DNA from: Lama guanicoe
Taxonomy: Eukaryota
DNA: 64,000 bases
NCBI GenBank assembly: GCA_013239625.1
Contig: MU053629.1
Span: 2,941,567 to 3,005,566 of the forward strand
Direction: 5' to 3'
The notes beneath the pieces are model-generated. The model ran no database searches and was not told where the DNA came from. It saw only the letters and a list, made by a program, of their open reading frames with translations. Below, piece after piece: positions 50,053 through 63,656 of this stretch. Within the stretch, counting starts at the first letter, position 1; every line of letters starts with the position of its first letter. The translations under genes were made by a program, and so were the position numbers.

Positions 50053-53000
50053 GTAAGAACAGGCTGGCTCAGGCTTCTCTAGCCCCTTGTGGGCAAAAAG
50101 ATAGGGGAAAGCCAGGGACTAAAGAATGGAAAGCTCTGGGTTAGACTTCAAGAGATGAGAGTCCTGATTCCTTTGCTATTCATTCAATATTTATAGAGTC
50201 CTGTTCTCTGCCAGGCACTATGCTGGGGCTTTTGCGGGAGTGACCTTGGCTTAATTCCCGATCATTCTATGAAATGGTTATTATTATGTTCCCCCCATGG
50301 CAAGCGAAGAAACTGAGGCCCAATGAAGTTAAACCACTTGTTCAAGGTTACACAACAAATAGGCAGCGGAGCTAGGGTGAACCCAGGTTGGTCTGATTGG
50401 GTCTTTGGGAATGACATTTGAGCTGGGCTTTGGAGACTGTCCAAGGAGATATCAAGCAGGGAAAAATGATAATCTCTTCCATGTGCATGGTGCTTAGGGT
50501 TTATCTAGCACCCTTACTTTCATTTGATCCTGTTTGTTCACATTCCAGAGGGGCTGGTGGCTTGGATGGGGTCTGAGAAAGGGGAGGCTTTCTGAGTTTC
50601 ATTTTGTTTTTAAAATATTGGAGATATGGCAGCTCCACTCATCCACTAACAAGCCAGCCCTGGGTGCAGAGCCCTGTCTACAGGGCTGACTACAGACCAG
50701 AGACTGGGAACTACAACCCTAGGGGTTTCTTCCGTCTCCAATGTTCCTTTCCAAGAATTTCTCTGCCCCTGTGAGGGAACTTCCTGCTAAATTCATTGCA
50801 TGATTTAATAATCTGGACAATAAAATTAAATTGGGGAAGTGATCTCTAAAAATTCATCCCCAAGTTTTTTGTTCCTTGAGACTCCAAAGTGAGGGTACCC
50901 TAGAGGAAGACAGTCCCCATTCCTCTCCTGCTCCTAAAAGGTAAGTTTGAGCAAAGATTGGCCCATAGCCTGCCTGTTTCAGATCTCAGGGAAGCCACTA
51001 GTGTGAGCAGAGTTTTGCGTGCAAGGAGTGGAAGGACTTAGCTGCTTAATCCGGAGCAGTTTTGCTGAGTGGGCAGGATGGAGACCAAACTCAGCAACAT
51101 GTCTTGGAGATACACGATGTGAAGGAAATGAAATGTGCTTCCTTTAGGACTTTTGAGATATGTGTGGTGTTCAGAGCGTGGAATTGAGAGTCAGGAAACC
51201 TGGGTTCTAATCCTGTTCTGCTTCTATGTGTCCTTGGATATGTCCTTTATTGTCTCTGGGGGAAATGATGGAGTCCAGCTAATCACCAGAGATTCCGTTT
51301 AGCTCTGACTCTCATTGATAATGTCCTGTGTCTAAGTGAGTTCAGTTCTGGCAGGCCCAGCACAGCAGTTATTTGTCTGATCTGGTCAGTTGACCTTCAG
51401 TTAGGGCATATTTGCAGATGACCCAAAAAGGAGAAGTATTCTGCCCAAGTTAGACAGCCAGAAGGTCTCCAAATTGGAATGGGAACCCAATATCCTAATT
51501 CCCCACTCAGCACTATTTCCCTCCTGATGACTGCTCTAAGAAGCCAAAGGCTTAAAAAAGAAAGGGAGGTTCAGCGCATTACATCATTTAATATGAGGAA
51601 ACGGGGGCCTCCCCACTAATGAAGTTCTCAGGGCAGGCTTTGCTGAGGCCGGTCACGAAGCCTGGTACTCTTCTCTGAGAAGGCATCTAATGCCTTGGAA
51701 TGCATTAGGCCAGCAGTCTTCAGAATGCCTCTGACACTTGCCTCCTAGTCCTTCGTAGTAATCCTGTTCTTATTAAACTCTACAAATCCTGAATTTTCCA
51801 TTTTGCCAGATTCACCATCGAAGCAAAGCTTGCCAAGCAAGCAGAGCATGATCACGATTTCAAAAGAGCATTTATAACCCGCTGCAAAAACTCTTTCTGG
51901 CCTTTAGTGGCAGCTCTTTGCCAACCAATGAGAATGGTGCCGGTTACTATTCTGTTCTTATCTATGCGTTGAAACGGATCCAGTATGGATTTTAATTAAC
52001 AGCATTATTATTTTTTTTTAAAATTTGAAATACTGGCTATCCTTAAAAGTAAATCTATTTTTTTTTAAAAATTAAAAACAATAGTTTGAACTTTCTGGCA
52101 CTAACAACTGCCTTCTAAAAATTAGTCCAAATAATTCAAGAACTATAGCTATTTTGAAATGGTTTTTAAAAACATCTGGATTTGGAATTTCACCCAGAAA
52201 TGATAGCCAGAGGGAGAGGTAACTGCCTTTGCCTGTATCATTATGTCTGTAGTTGGCTGCCCAAGAGCTAGAGGAAGATAAATTATTCTGTATGTCACTG
52301 ACAGGCTGACGCAAGCCATTCTGTTTTGAATTCGTGAAGTTATTCTCTGAAAATCCAGTATTTGATCTAGTAAGTGATCATTTTTGTGGTTTATGCAAAA
52401 GTTTATACTCACCCCTGTAAATTCTCTTACTTTAACTATGAAAATGAACATACCTTGCTCACTTGCTCACACTGACTTGTCAGTTCACATCTCTCCCTGA
52501 CTAATGGGTCTCCCTTCTTTGAGCATCACCTCAAGAAGACAGGGGGCCAGGGACACTGGGCATTTTCAGTCAGCCACGTTCTGAAGGTGAGGACACCACA
52601 GAGAAGTGGGGTGAGGCCAGACAGAGTGGCAGGGAGCCAAGGAGGAGGCTGGGGAGGAGAGGTCAGAGCCACAACTGCTCGAGCAGTCTAAGCAGGAGGA
52701 AGAAGAGTAGAGGGCAGTGGGAGCCAGCTCCTTCTTGGAGAGAAACAGGAGCAGGAGAAACACCTGGGCCTCCCCTTTCCTCTCTTGGCAGCCTGGGGCG
52801 AGGTGTGGAGCAGGTGGCCACAGTGTCAGGTTCATCACTGTCACTAAACAGGGAAAATAATCTTTATATCTCCCGAAGGGCTGAGCCCAGGGTCTCATCC
52901 CTGACAGAAGCTCCATGAGCATTTGGTTCAGTTTCCTCAGGGAACCCTGTCAGGGACTCCAGTTTGGAGAGAAAAAGGAGTAGGGGAGGGAATCCATACT

Positions 53001-55557
53001 TATGGAGAGCCTGTCACATTATTGACATACATTATCCCAATAATTTCTCACAAAAACCCTGCAAGGTTAGATCGTTACCACCATTTTGCAGATGAGGAAA
53101 CTTGGAGACTCAGAGAGGATAGTCAGCTCAGCCAAAGTCACACCGCTGGTCTGTGGTCCTTAGCAACGGTACGTGAACCACCTATCTGGGTTTTGACCCA
53201 GGCTGCACTGACAATTCTCCTCGTTACCCTGGGCAAGTAAGTGCACTCCACAAACCTTTATTATTAATCACTTAACAGAAAAGCAGTGTGGGAAATAAAA
53301 TTGTGTCCCTCCCAGTAGAAGGGACAGGGATAGACAAAAGGAACTGTGATAAAGGGAACACTGCACAAAGGGCTGCAGAGTCACTTTGCTTTTCATCCAG
53401 GTCTCAGATTGCTTATCTGTAAAGCGAATGGGATGAACTAGTGCAGGGGTTGGCAGACTTTTACTGTAAAGGGCCAGGCAGTAAGTATTTTAGGTTTTGC
53501 AGGCCATATAGTTTCTATCACAACTACTTAGCTGTTGTAGCGTGACAGCAGCCACAGACAAGAAGTAAAAGAACAGGAATGCCCATGTGGTGTTTTACTA
53601 AGAGCGACATGTTCACAGGTGTTCTGCCTGAGCTTAAGACCAGCAGAGAATGATTCATTTTCTTATGGAATATTCACCCAACTGCTATCAGTGGAGTTTC
53701 TTGGCTGGAGGACCTTTCACTTTACTTTTTATTTTGCTCTGATAGGCTAGAACCAGGATAAAGATTTTTGGGGAATAATTCTAATCAGAATTCACTGAAG
53801 AGCATTTCCAGGAAAAAAAAAGATGTAGCATTGAACATAGACACAGGGTAACTATTTCAGTCTTTTGACACTGTCTGTAAAAAGAAAATCAGAGCTAAAA
53901 ATATTTCAGACAACACTGTCAAACTGACAGGTGTTAGTCTGAGGATGCCTTTTATGAACACAATAAAGAAATGGTGAATGTTTGTACAGTTATCAATACA
54001 GTCTGACTTAACTCACTCTGAAACTTTATACCCAGTTTTGAAGCTGTCAGTGTATTTGTTCTGACCCCAAGTGATAGATGTCTGACCTGCCATGACCTTG
54101 CATAGTTGCAGGAAGACAAAGTTGAGGCTCTAGCCCGGCTGAAAAGCCTTGTTTGTATTTGAATGACGATGGGCCTTTCTTTATAGAGAGAGCTACAAGC
54201 TTAGCTAGAAAGGACCAGCCATCTGCGTGAGTTGCTGATTAGCAAGGGAGCCCTGCAGGGCACCAGCGGTGAAAGGGGATGCAAGGCGGGGAATGAGCCT
54301 GGTCCAGGCTCCTCTGGAAACCCCACACCCACATTCTGCCCATAGGAATACTTCAGAATATACAACTCCAGGAAGAAGTCTGCTACTCTTTCTTAGATGC
54401 ATTGCAGACTGCTTTCTTCCTGGCAGGGTTTTTTGTTTTTGTTTTTGAATTAAACCAGCCAACAGGAACTCCCACCAGATACACCTGGTACCTGCTCAGG
54501 AGCCAGTTCTCCTTTCTTGTCAGGGTTAACATTTACCCCAAGGGTTCCCATCAGTGGCCTGTACTGCCGGCCGGCTGCTGTGGAGACAGGCGGCGCTGTG
54601 GATAGGATGCAGCCACTGCGGCCCTTCCTGCCTCCATGGGTCTGCCTGTGCTCGCTCGCAGGGACCCCACTGTGCTCCCAAAGAACCCATCCTAGCTAGG
54701 CTGAGGATTTCCTCCTTTAACTCCTTAAGCAGTAGCTTCCCCACAGTCGTCAGGAAAATGTGGCAAGAATCAAGTTCTCAATTTTAAGGCTTCTTTGCCT
54801 CATAAAATTTTCTTAAGCTTTCAGCAGTCATCTGCTGGTGGGTGCTAGCAGATGACAAAATGCATAAGAAACAAATATTAACAGAAAAACTCAGAACATC
54901 TGACCATGTCTGGTAGAACAGCTTGCTGTTTCCATGGATGTGTGTATGACTGTAGGAGATTTTTCATGTATTTGTACAACAGAGTAAACTTCTCCTAGGG
55001 TATGTGATGGGATTAAATAGGAAATTAGATCCTCACGGTGTTCTACAGAGAACAGCATGATTTCTAGACGCTCTACCACCTGGATACATTGGAAGTATGA
55101 ACCTATCACAAAATGTTTCAGTGAGAAGGAGTGGGCATATGGATGATAAACAAGTGAAATAAATTAAGAAGATATTCCCGAGTATAAAAAGTGCTGTGAA
55201 GGAAACAGTGCGTGTGCTGGAGAGTGACTGTAGGAAGTGGGCCCTTTTCAGCGAGGGAGAGCAGGAGAGGCCTCTTGGAGGAGGAGGAGCCCAAGTAGAC
55301 ATCGGAGAATGAGAAGGGAAACCACCTCATGCTTCGTGGGGAAGAATTCCAGAAGGGGAAATAGCATTTGCAAAGGCTCAGAGCTTGGAAAGAGCTTGGT
55401 GCATTAGAGAAAAGAGTTGGAGTCCGGTTTAGGAGGCTGTTGCAGGCATCCAGCGCATGTGTGTATGTATCTTTGAGAGATGTTTTGAAGACAGAATCAT
55501 CTGGGCTTGGGGATGATGTGAATGTGGAGGGTGAGTGAGCAGAAGTCAAGGTTTTTC

Positions 55558-55656
55558 GGGGTGGGTGGGTGTAGCTTAGTGGTAGAGTGTGCTCAGCATG
55601 CGCGAGGTCCTGGGTTCAATCCTCAGTTCCTAAAAAAAATCAAAAAATGAAAAAAA
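55558..55656 (+). mobile_element. Short tRNA-derived SINE (head plus A tail) inserted in an L2 remnant
   Basis: gtgtagcttagtggtagag...gtcctgggttcaatcc followed by an A-rich tail. Imperfect TSD agaagtcaaggtttt / agaaggcaaagtttt. Confidence 0.8.
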
Positions 55657-56513
55657 AGAAGGCAAAGTTTTTGGCTTAAGCAGCAGGGTGGATGGTGATG
55701 CCATGTAGTGAGAAAGGGAAGACTATAGGAAGAACAGGTTTAGGGAGACTCAAAAGTTCCCACTTTGAAACAGTGAGTTTATGTCACCTCTAAGTGGATA
55801 TGTTTAAGAGGCAGTTGCACAAATGGGCTTAAAGCTCATAAAAAAAGGTCAGGGCTGAAAATATAAATTTGTGAATCATCAACAAATATATGGTCATTAA
55901 AATCAAGGACCAACTGATGCTACTCTGAAAGAGAGAGAGAGATAGTTTAGGATTAAGTTCTAAAGAACTCCGATGCTCATTCATTTGGGAAACATTTATG
56001 GAATCTCTTTGTATGAGGCCTGTGTAGGGTCTGGGAACGTAGTGGGAAATAAGGCACAGGCTGAGCCCCTCAGGAGCTCAACCTAGTGGAGGAGCAGGAA
56101 CTGATCCAGGTTTTGTGGGGCCTGATACTCTTTAAGAAAAGGAATATAAAAAACATTCCTACAAAATTAAACCCAAGGCCGTGGGAAGGGTTTGCGTAGG
56201 GGAGAGATGGGCCCTGAAGTTTAAGCTTCATCAGCCCTGCAGTAAATCCTCCTTAGTAGTGAAGACAGACGAGTACAACTAATAGTTACCATTCCATGTG
56301 TGATGATATAAGTAAGTGGCGAGGGATTTAGTACTGCGGAGAGTGGACATCTCAACAGACCAGGAAGTCAGGGAAGGCTTCCCTGGGGAGGTGATGCTCA
56401 GCTGAATCTTGAAGGACAAGCAGGGGTTAGCTAACTGAAGAAGGGGTGGGAGAACCCTAGGCATGCATGTGTAATGGCCAAGGGAGTGAGAAAGTGTGAG
56501 GAGAGACAGTGCA

Positions 56514-56829
56514 GCTGCACTGTCCAGTGTGGTAGCCACTAGTGACAGACAGCTCCCGAGCTCATGAAATGGGGCTAGTCTGAATTGAGAGGTGCTGGAA
56601 GTATGAAATATACTTTGGGTTTCAAAATCTTAGTATTAAAAAAAGGTAAAAGAGCTTACAAATATTATCATGTTAGTTACATGTTGAATTATAACTTTGA
56701 TATATTGGGTTAAATATAGTACATTATTAAAATTAATTTCACCTGTCTCTTACTTTTTTAAAAACTGTGGCTACTAAAAAATTAAAATTATGTACGTGGC
56801 TTGCATTCTATTGCTGTTGGACAGCATTG
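56514..56829. mobile_element. MER33-like hAT-Charlie element
   Basis: ctgtccagtgtggtagccactag...gctagtctgaattgaga...aaaattaatttcacctg...ttggacagca. Confidence 0.75.
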
Positions 56830-59800
56830 GACTGGAGGTAGGCAGGAGGCTGGTGTGTGCTCGGCTGACGAGTCTGGACTCCCTCCTGGGGACACTGAGC
56901 CCCCAGTGCTGGGAGGGACATGATGTGCTTTGCTCAGAAAGTCACTCTGGCTGACGGGTGAAGAATGAACCAGAAGAGGAACAGATCAGGAGTCAGGAGG
57001 CTGTTGCGGGATTGTAGGCAGGAGACTGGAGAGATGAGGCCAGGTGTGAGGACTTACAGGAACTAGGTCTGACAGCTAATTGAACGTGAGCTGTGAGGGA
57101 GTGGGGAGGAATTTGGGTAGACTTTTGGGTCTAGCCTACACAAATGAGCTGATTGGGGTGCAAGACTGTACTCAGGTGGGTAAAGGTAGGACTCAGACCA
57201 GGGATTCGGTAAATCTTTGTTGAATGGATTTTTTTTTTAAATCACAAGTTAAAATGTGTCATCAGGAAATGTGGGATAGTCTAGAAAGGGAGAGGTCAGT
57301 GATTAACTGCTACATCAGTGGGAGATAGGAATTGGGGGTCAGGAGGACAAGCCCCTTGAGGAGCTGCCCTGTGTGCCCTCCCCGCCCAGCTTCCGAGGAA
57401 TGGCTGCAGGGATCCCGTTGCTCGCCCTCACCTTGGCTGGCATGAAGACATCTTCTTTGGTTTCCTCAGCCCCTTGGTTAATCTTCATGAGGAGAAGGAA
57501 GAGGCAGGGGTGGTGGGGCTGAGAAAGCGGAGAACAAATGGTGTGGTGTGAGAGGTGGGTATGGGGATGTGTTTGTGATAAGGCCGTATTCTGAAAGCAC
57601 CTACTTATGGGACTGCTGCCCATCAGTGGATCCATCAGTCACGTTCACACGCAGACAAACAATTACATCCTTTTACCTGAAGTGTCAATAATTTGAAACA
57701 GAGCCACCAGGGGGTATAAATTTGACTCATTTTCTTTATTTTTGCTTGGGAAAAGAAGTGTGAGTTAGTAAAAACAGACCTCTGAATGGAGGTTAGGAAA
57801 TCGGGGTTCTGTGAGTGTGGGCAAGTTACAGGATCTTTCTGCCTCTCAGTTTTGTGATCTCCCAAAATAGCAGTAATAATATTAGCTTTGTCTATTTCAC
57901 GGAGTTGGTAGTATTGAATGAGAAAATGGACGTGAAGGGCTTCAGAAGGTTAGAAGTGCACACTGATGTTAGAAGACATTTGTATGTGCAGTGAACAGTG
58001 AGCCCATGGAGAAGTATTTTGAATTAAGTAAGTCTGAATTGCAGATAAATCACTAAGTGTGTGCTTCATGGGGCAAAAGTCAGTCTCTCCTGCCCCTTTG
58101 TGGACAGAACCAGCCACCCCAAAGAGCAGCCTGGCCTCTCGTAGCTCTTTGCCTCCAAGAAGAACACATTGGGTGAGAGTTGGACATGGTAAGTAGTGAG
58201 ACGGCTGGGCCAGCGGGGTTTAGGGCTGTAGCATGCAGTATCTCAGTAAACTTACAGGTGCGTCGTGAAAGAGTCAGGGGACTTGTGAGGAAAATCCACA
58301 GTGCCCCTTTCATATTCAGACTGGTTATTTCTGCTTTGTTTCATTTGTTTGTGTGCTCATTCATTCATTCATTCAACATGGTGTGTCCAAGCACTCAGAT
58401 CTCTCCCGGCTTTCAGAGATTACCCAAATGCCACCTACTTTCAGAAGGCTTCCGTGTCTATTCCAGCACAGCACCTTTGTCTATGCCTCCCATTTCTTCA
58501 GGCACGTTCTGCCTTGTCATGTGTTGGTGTTATTGCTGGTCTCTATTCCTTTCTGTAAATAGGATCCATGTCCTAAACATCTCTGCGTCCCTGTAGCACT
58601 GGCACCATGCCAGGTAAACAGCAGGTTCTCAGGAAATGAGAACTGAGTGAATGAACAAATTGGGTGGATGGATGGGTAGATGGCCCAGGATCAGGCAGTA
58701 TTTTCTGTATTTTCTGATCAGACAGAGAAGGGAGTGTGTCAAGTCCAGTTCTAGTTCTGGCCATGGAGGTTGGTGGGGCAGGGGGAGTGGGAAGGTAAAG
58801 ACAATTACTGGAGGCATCCATTAGGGACCCCGCTGTCTGAAGATGGCCCTAGAGGTCGCTTGGGTGAATCTGTTCCTTCACCTCTCTTTTGCTGAGCATC
58901 TATGGTGTACAAGACACCATGCCACAGGTTATGGGAACAGAGATGACTATATAATAGTTCCAAAAAATATGGAGTCTAGCCAGGTAGACAACTAATATAT
59001 GTGAACAACAATGATTTTTTTTAAAGTTCGTGTGGTATTACAAGACAGTAAATGCAAAGCAGCAAGCTAGTGGTCCAGACAGTAAGTACTGAGGGCTTAA
59101 TGATTCTTCATCTTGGCTTTTCTAGGACTGTCCCCTTCCCCAGCTGGCCGCCCCACAGCCTCCCCAGAACACTAGCACTTACTTGATTACAGGGCCAGAT
59201 ACTAGTGTCACAAACCATGTCCACTGTTACACAGCTTTCGAGGAGAGAGGTATCAGAGAGAGTGGGAGTTAGGGCCAGGGTGGGGGCGAAAGGGGCCATT
59301 TAGAAAGCTTTATATAAGAATTCACCCTGGATTTTCTGAAAAATTGGTAGGCATAGAGGAATGGAGAAGGAATTTTAGGCAGAGGGGAAAGGTGTGAGCA
59401 AGGGACCAGGGGTTGGAATAGATTAGGGATACGTAGGAGACTGTTCACCCATTCATTCGTTCATTCATTAACCAGTATTTTTTGAACCTTTGCTAAGTGC
59501 CAGGCAGAGTTCTCATGCTTGACACACAGTCGTGAGTGAAACAGACAGTCCACCTTCATGGTGCTAGCGGGCAGTCATTTTATGTGTTTGCCAACGTACA
59601 AATGACATACAAATAAATTGGGGAGAGTGCTATGAAGGAAAGAACAGGAGTCCGGAAAAGAGAGTTAGATGGACACCTTAGCTTCCCAGAGGAGGCTGAC
59701 ATGTAAGTGGAGACCTGAGATGTGGGGAGTGGAAGAAAGAAGATTTCAAACAGAGGAGGTGGGACCCTGTGGGGAGGGTTTTGAGGTGGGTAAAGAGGAT

Positions 59801-60062
59801 GATACATTTGAGGGACTGAAAGGCATCTGTAGCTGGTGTTACTGGACCTTGATGAGTGGGCATATTTGACTGGAAATACTGTGTGCCTGTTGAAGCCAGA
59901 CTATGGAAGGCCAGGCTGGGGATTTGGACATGTTTCTGAAACCAGGTTATCTCTGGGTGTGTTTCTGTGTTCCAGCATGAGGGCTCCCTGGAGAGAGAGG
60001 GAAGTAGGGAGAAAGGGTGAGGGTCTCTCTAAGCACTTCGTGATTCCTGTCCTTGCTTGCAG

Positions 60063-60116
60063 CCGGGCGATGAGGCAGTTGTGGTGGATGAGCAGAAGGA
60101 TAACAAGAAGCTGAAG
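60063..60116 (+). CDS. SLC24A1: SLC24A1 exon 3: PGDEAVVVDEQKDNKKLK
   Basis: CAG acceptor, AAG|GTGGGT donor, 54 nt, phase 0/0. Similar to recalled human PGDGAIAVDELQDNKKLK. Confidence 0.9.
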
Positions 60117-60676
60117 GTGGGTACCATGTGGAGTCTCCCCAGCGGGGACACTGCAGGGTCTCAGAGGACGGCCACAGACCCGGGGCACTGTGGCCCTGAT
60201 GTTGGGGATCCTAGACTGGGCTCTGGCCTGGGAAGCTCCTGGGAGTGCTGCCAGAGTGACCATCACCTCCAGGTGGCCTTGGAGGAGGCACCAGTTTGGG
60301 AGCTAAGTCCAGAATGCCACTTCTCACTCTGCCACTAGCTTGCTGTATGAGCTTGGGCCTCAGATTCTGCATCAGTAAAATGACTGGACTAGATGAACTC
60401 AAGTCCCACTTCGTGGCGCCAGCCTTCTGTGATTGATCTAAAAGCCCAGTTACTTGTGGCTTTGGAATGCCGCAGAACTAAGAGAAACATCCGAAGGGCA
60501 TGGTGGGGTGAGAGGTGGGAATCTGAGGTTTCTGAAAACCTGTGTCTTAGCTGCCTTTGGCTCATGGGGCCCCTGGGAATAAGTATGGGGACTTCAGAGA
60601 GGAAAGTCTGGGACCTGAATGAAACCTCGCCCATCGAACGAAAATCCCTAGGCCTGTTGTGAAGTAGTTGCTATCA

Positions 60677-60695
60677 TGGCCACTAGATGGCAGAA
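60677..60695 (+). promoter_or_regulatory. Candidate CTCF site
   Basis: tggCCACTAGATGGCAGaa matches the CCASYAGRKGGCRS core with no mismatch. Confidence 0.65.
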
Positions 60696-60803
60696 GAGTT
60701 CAGATCAGAGGGTTTGTGGGGTAGGAAGGGGAGACAGAGCAAGCGGCTTGTCTGTTTGGATGTCCCCTCGTAAATCAGATGGTGTTTCTATGCGTGTCAC
60801 TAC

Positions 60804-61084
60804 TGTTAAAAAACAAAATTCAACTGAGTAAATTTAAAGATCAAATTGGCTTTATTCAACGATTCATTCAGGTTGTTTAGACGAGGTCCCCTTCCTTTCG
60901 GGGACAGCAGGGGTCTTCCCGGTGCGTTGCCTCACTAGTGTCGACCAGGTGACTTCAGACTGATGGGTTAAGGTGACATTCCCAGGAGAGGCTGAAACTG
61001 CAGTTAGGTATTGTACGTCTTGGTCTGGTGATAGGGGCTGAGCACAGGTGACTCTATTTTGGGCCTATTGTCTCCTTTTTAAAA
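60804..61084 (-). mobile_element. Solo LTR (ERV1-like)
   Basis: tgttaaaaa...tttttaaaa inverted ends, 4-bp imperfect TSD ctac/ctat, and AATAAA on the - strand at 60851-60856. Confidence 0.65.
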
Positions 61085-61735
61085 CTATGAATGAGTATGT
61101 GTCACATCTGTGTCTGTACACACAGATGTGTGCACGTGTGTTCCCGTGAAGGCTTTCTTGAGCACATGGATAGAAAAGAAAGGACGATCAGAAGACCGGG
61201 GTGCTGGTCTTGACTCTTTCATTCATGCCCGACATGACCTTGGCTAAGACACAGCCTCGCTGAGTCCTCTTTATCTGTAGGTGGAGGTCAAAGCCTTGCT
61301 TATCTCTGGGGACAGCACAGTGATAAAGCTGATGTTCTTTGTGGACTGTAGGGGGCTGTGCCCACGCACAGTGGGTCTGTGAGGTGTGTGGCTGAGTGTG
61401 TGTTTCTTTGAGGGTGTACTTGCAGGGATGGATGAACCCTTGGTAATATGATATCCTTAGTACACACTGCGCCCTGTCAGGAGCTTGGGGAACTACTTAG
61501 TGCACAGAGTTAGCCAATCATGGAAGAGTTGAGGGGAGGCTGAGAAAGAAAGCAGTGTAAGTTTCCTGGTTGAGGTGAAGGAAGAGGGGAGGCAAGGAAG
61601 AGGGGAGGCCAGGAAAAGGGTCCCGTGCTTCTGGCCTGATCTCGGCGGGAGGGAGGCAGGGTTAGGCCCCCGTGTGGCCCCTCCCCTGGCTTGGTCAGGG
61701 GCCCACTGAGGCCTGTGCGGCTCTCTCCTGCTCAG

Positions 61736-61844
61736 CTCCCATCAGTGCTGACCCGAGGGAGCAGCTCGGCCTCTCTGCATAACAGCACCATCCGCAGCAC
61801 CATCTACCAGCTCATGCTCCACAGCCTGGACCCTCTGGGGGAAG
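61736..61844 (+). CDS. SLC24A1: SLC24A1 exon 4: LPSVLTRGSSSASLHNSTIRSTIYQLMLHSLDPLGE
   Basis: CAG acceptor, AAG|GTAAGC donor, 109 nt. Contains the NCKX cytoplasmic-loop RGSSSASLHNS motif. The gene continues beyond the window. Confidence 0.94.
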
Positions 61845-63611
61845 GTAAGCAAGGCCCCCCCAGACCAGCGTGGTCTCCCCGTCCACTCCTTCCCTCCTGC
61901 AGCTGGATGAGAACTGGGACCTGCAAAACTGAGAGGCAACAGATGGAGTGAGGGTTGGAATGGGAAGAGAGTTAGCAGAATAGAGTGGGTGAGAAAGACA
62001 GACAGTGTGGGGAGGCTCACCGGGAGAGGGCCCCTGAGGAGCCACGGTCGTTAAGTATCTCCATCCCACTGCCTCCCTGGCTCCCTGTCCCTCCTGTAAA
62101 ACAAGAGATCACCTGTAGTGAGGCCATGAGTGCCATGCGTCTGGCACTGTTCTGTGTTAGGGCTGCCCTCAGTGACTTCCCTGCAAAGCCGCCCTCTCCC
62201 CTCCCATAAGTCAGCCCCACTGTCCCACAGGGTCTCCAGCCAGACAGCGTGGCTCAGGCCAGGGCCACTTCTGGGGGCACCTCCTGTAGGGCCCCACAGC
62301 TGGAAGCTCTGAGTGGCACCTCCCTTTGCTCTGTATTCAGCTCCGGCAACTTGACAGATGATGGAGGCAGCTGAGATTCACCACCCACCTGACCGAGTCC
62401 TGCTTTCTGTCCCGCTTCCCCAGAGAGCTGCTCCCAACACGCTTCACAGGCCCCTCAAGGGCATCCTCAGGTGCACTCCTGTTCTCCTTGGCACTTTGTC
62501 TCTGGGACACTGGTGCAGAAGTGGGAGGCCCGGCAGGAGGGCCGTCAAGGAAAGGCTGGCCTTTGGGCAGAAGCAGGGATTTGGAGTGCAGTGGGGCAGG
62601 AGTCTGAGGGCGAGCTGAATGTGACACCAGAGACTGGCCCCTGAGCCCCAGGGAGCTCCCTGACTGACTATTCTGGTTCAGGGACAAATTCTGAGGGCCT
62701 CAGAATTTCTCAGACCCTGAAGTGTCTTTTTCACATGCAACGTGGACTTTTGGTTGCTTAAAACAAGCACATTGTACTGTGAAAAGCAGATTCAGTGATC
62801 AGACTTCCCCCAGAAGATCCTCACAGGGATCCTGAGTAGACAGTGGGAGAGGCCACCCCCAAGCACCAGCTCTAGAAAAACAGCACCCCCGGGGTCTCAA
62901 GAGTGGAGCCTGCAGCACGGGGCAGCCGTGGGCGATCAGTGCGGGCCTGTGCCGGCCTGCGTGCCGTGGAAGAAGCCGTGTCCCTGGCTTATGCTTGGCC
63001 GTCCTCCTGGAGTCACCGACTCTAGCAAAGTCCTGAAGAAAAGGACCTTGTCCTGAGAAGGACTGCAGGGCCCCCTGCCTGGGCCACTTTCACAACCAGC
63101 AGCTGCCCTCTGGCCTACTTGTCCTGACAGGATTATGTGGTGTCCAGGCCAGGCCGAGGTCAGAGGAGATTGACACTAAGGAGATGATCTGGCCACGTGA
63201 GGAGACAAGCGCGGGGGAGCCAGTGACAGGCGTCCCGGGAAGACGGCATGCCTGGTACACGGTGTGGGTGTGCGAGGGGCATGGAATGGCCCTCTCGGGG
63301 AACGACTGCCAACATGCCTGGGACGCGTCCTGCTCAGAGAAGCCGGCCCTGATTCTGCACCCCGAGAATCCAGGAGGGGCTGCGACCGCGCAGGGCTGGG
63401 ATGAAGACCTTGGCTCCCAACACTTTCCAGATACGCACTTCTGTTTCCATCTGCTGTTTCCAAATGGCTGTCCAGGTGTTCCCACCCTTTCCAGGGGTTC
63501 CAACTGTTTCCACAGAGCTGATCCGTGGTCTGAACTCTTGCCCTGGGAAGTGGCTTTACCTCCCCAGAATCCCATTAGAATCCCATGCCTCTTCTGGTGA
63601 TTTCACTTGGA

Positions 63612-63656
63612 CGTGTGTGTGTGTGAGAGAGAGAGAGACGGAGACAGAAAGAGAGA
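63612..63656. repeat. Compound (GT)n(GA)n microsatellite
   Basis: A (GT) run followed by a degenerate (GA) run. Confidence 0.8.

Noticed and set aside
50053..50082. C-terminal VRTGWLRLL* of the 642-aa ORF
   Set aside because: Read-through past the consensus donor AAG|GTAAGA. The real frame continues in exon 3.
62850..63600. GC-rich stretch with 95-161-aa ORFs as a new gene or SLC24A1 exon
   Set aside because: No recognisable NCKX1 or other protein similarity and no convincing splice-site pair. It could be regulatory, but the sequence alone does not support that.
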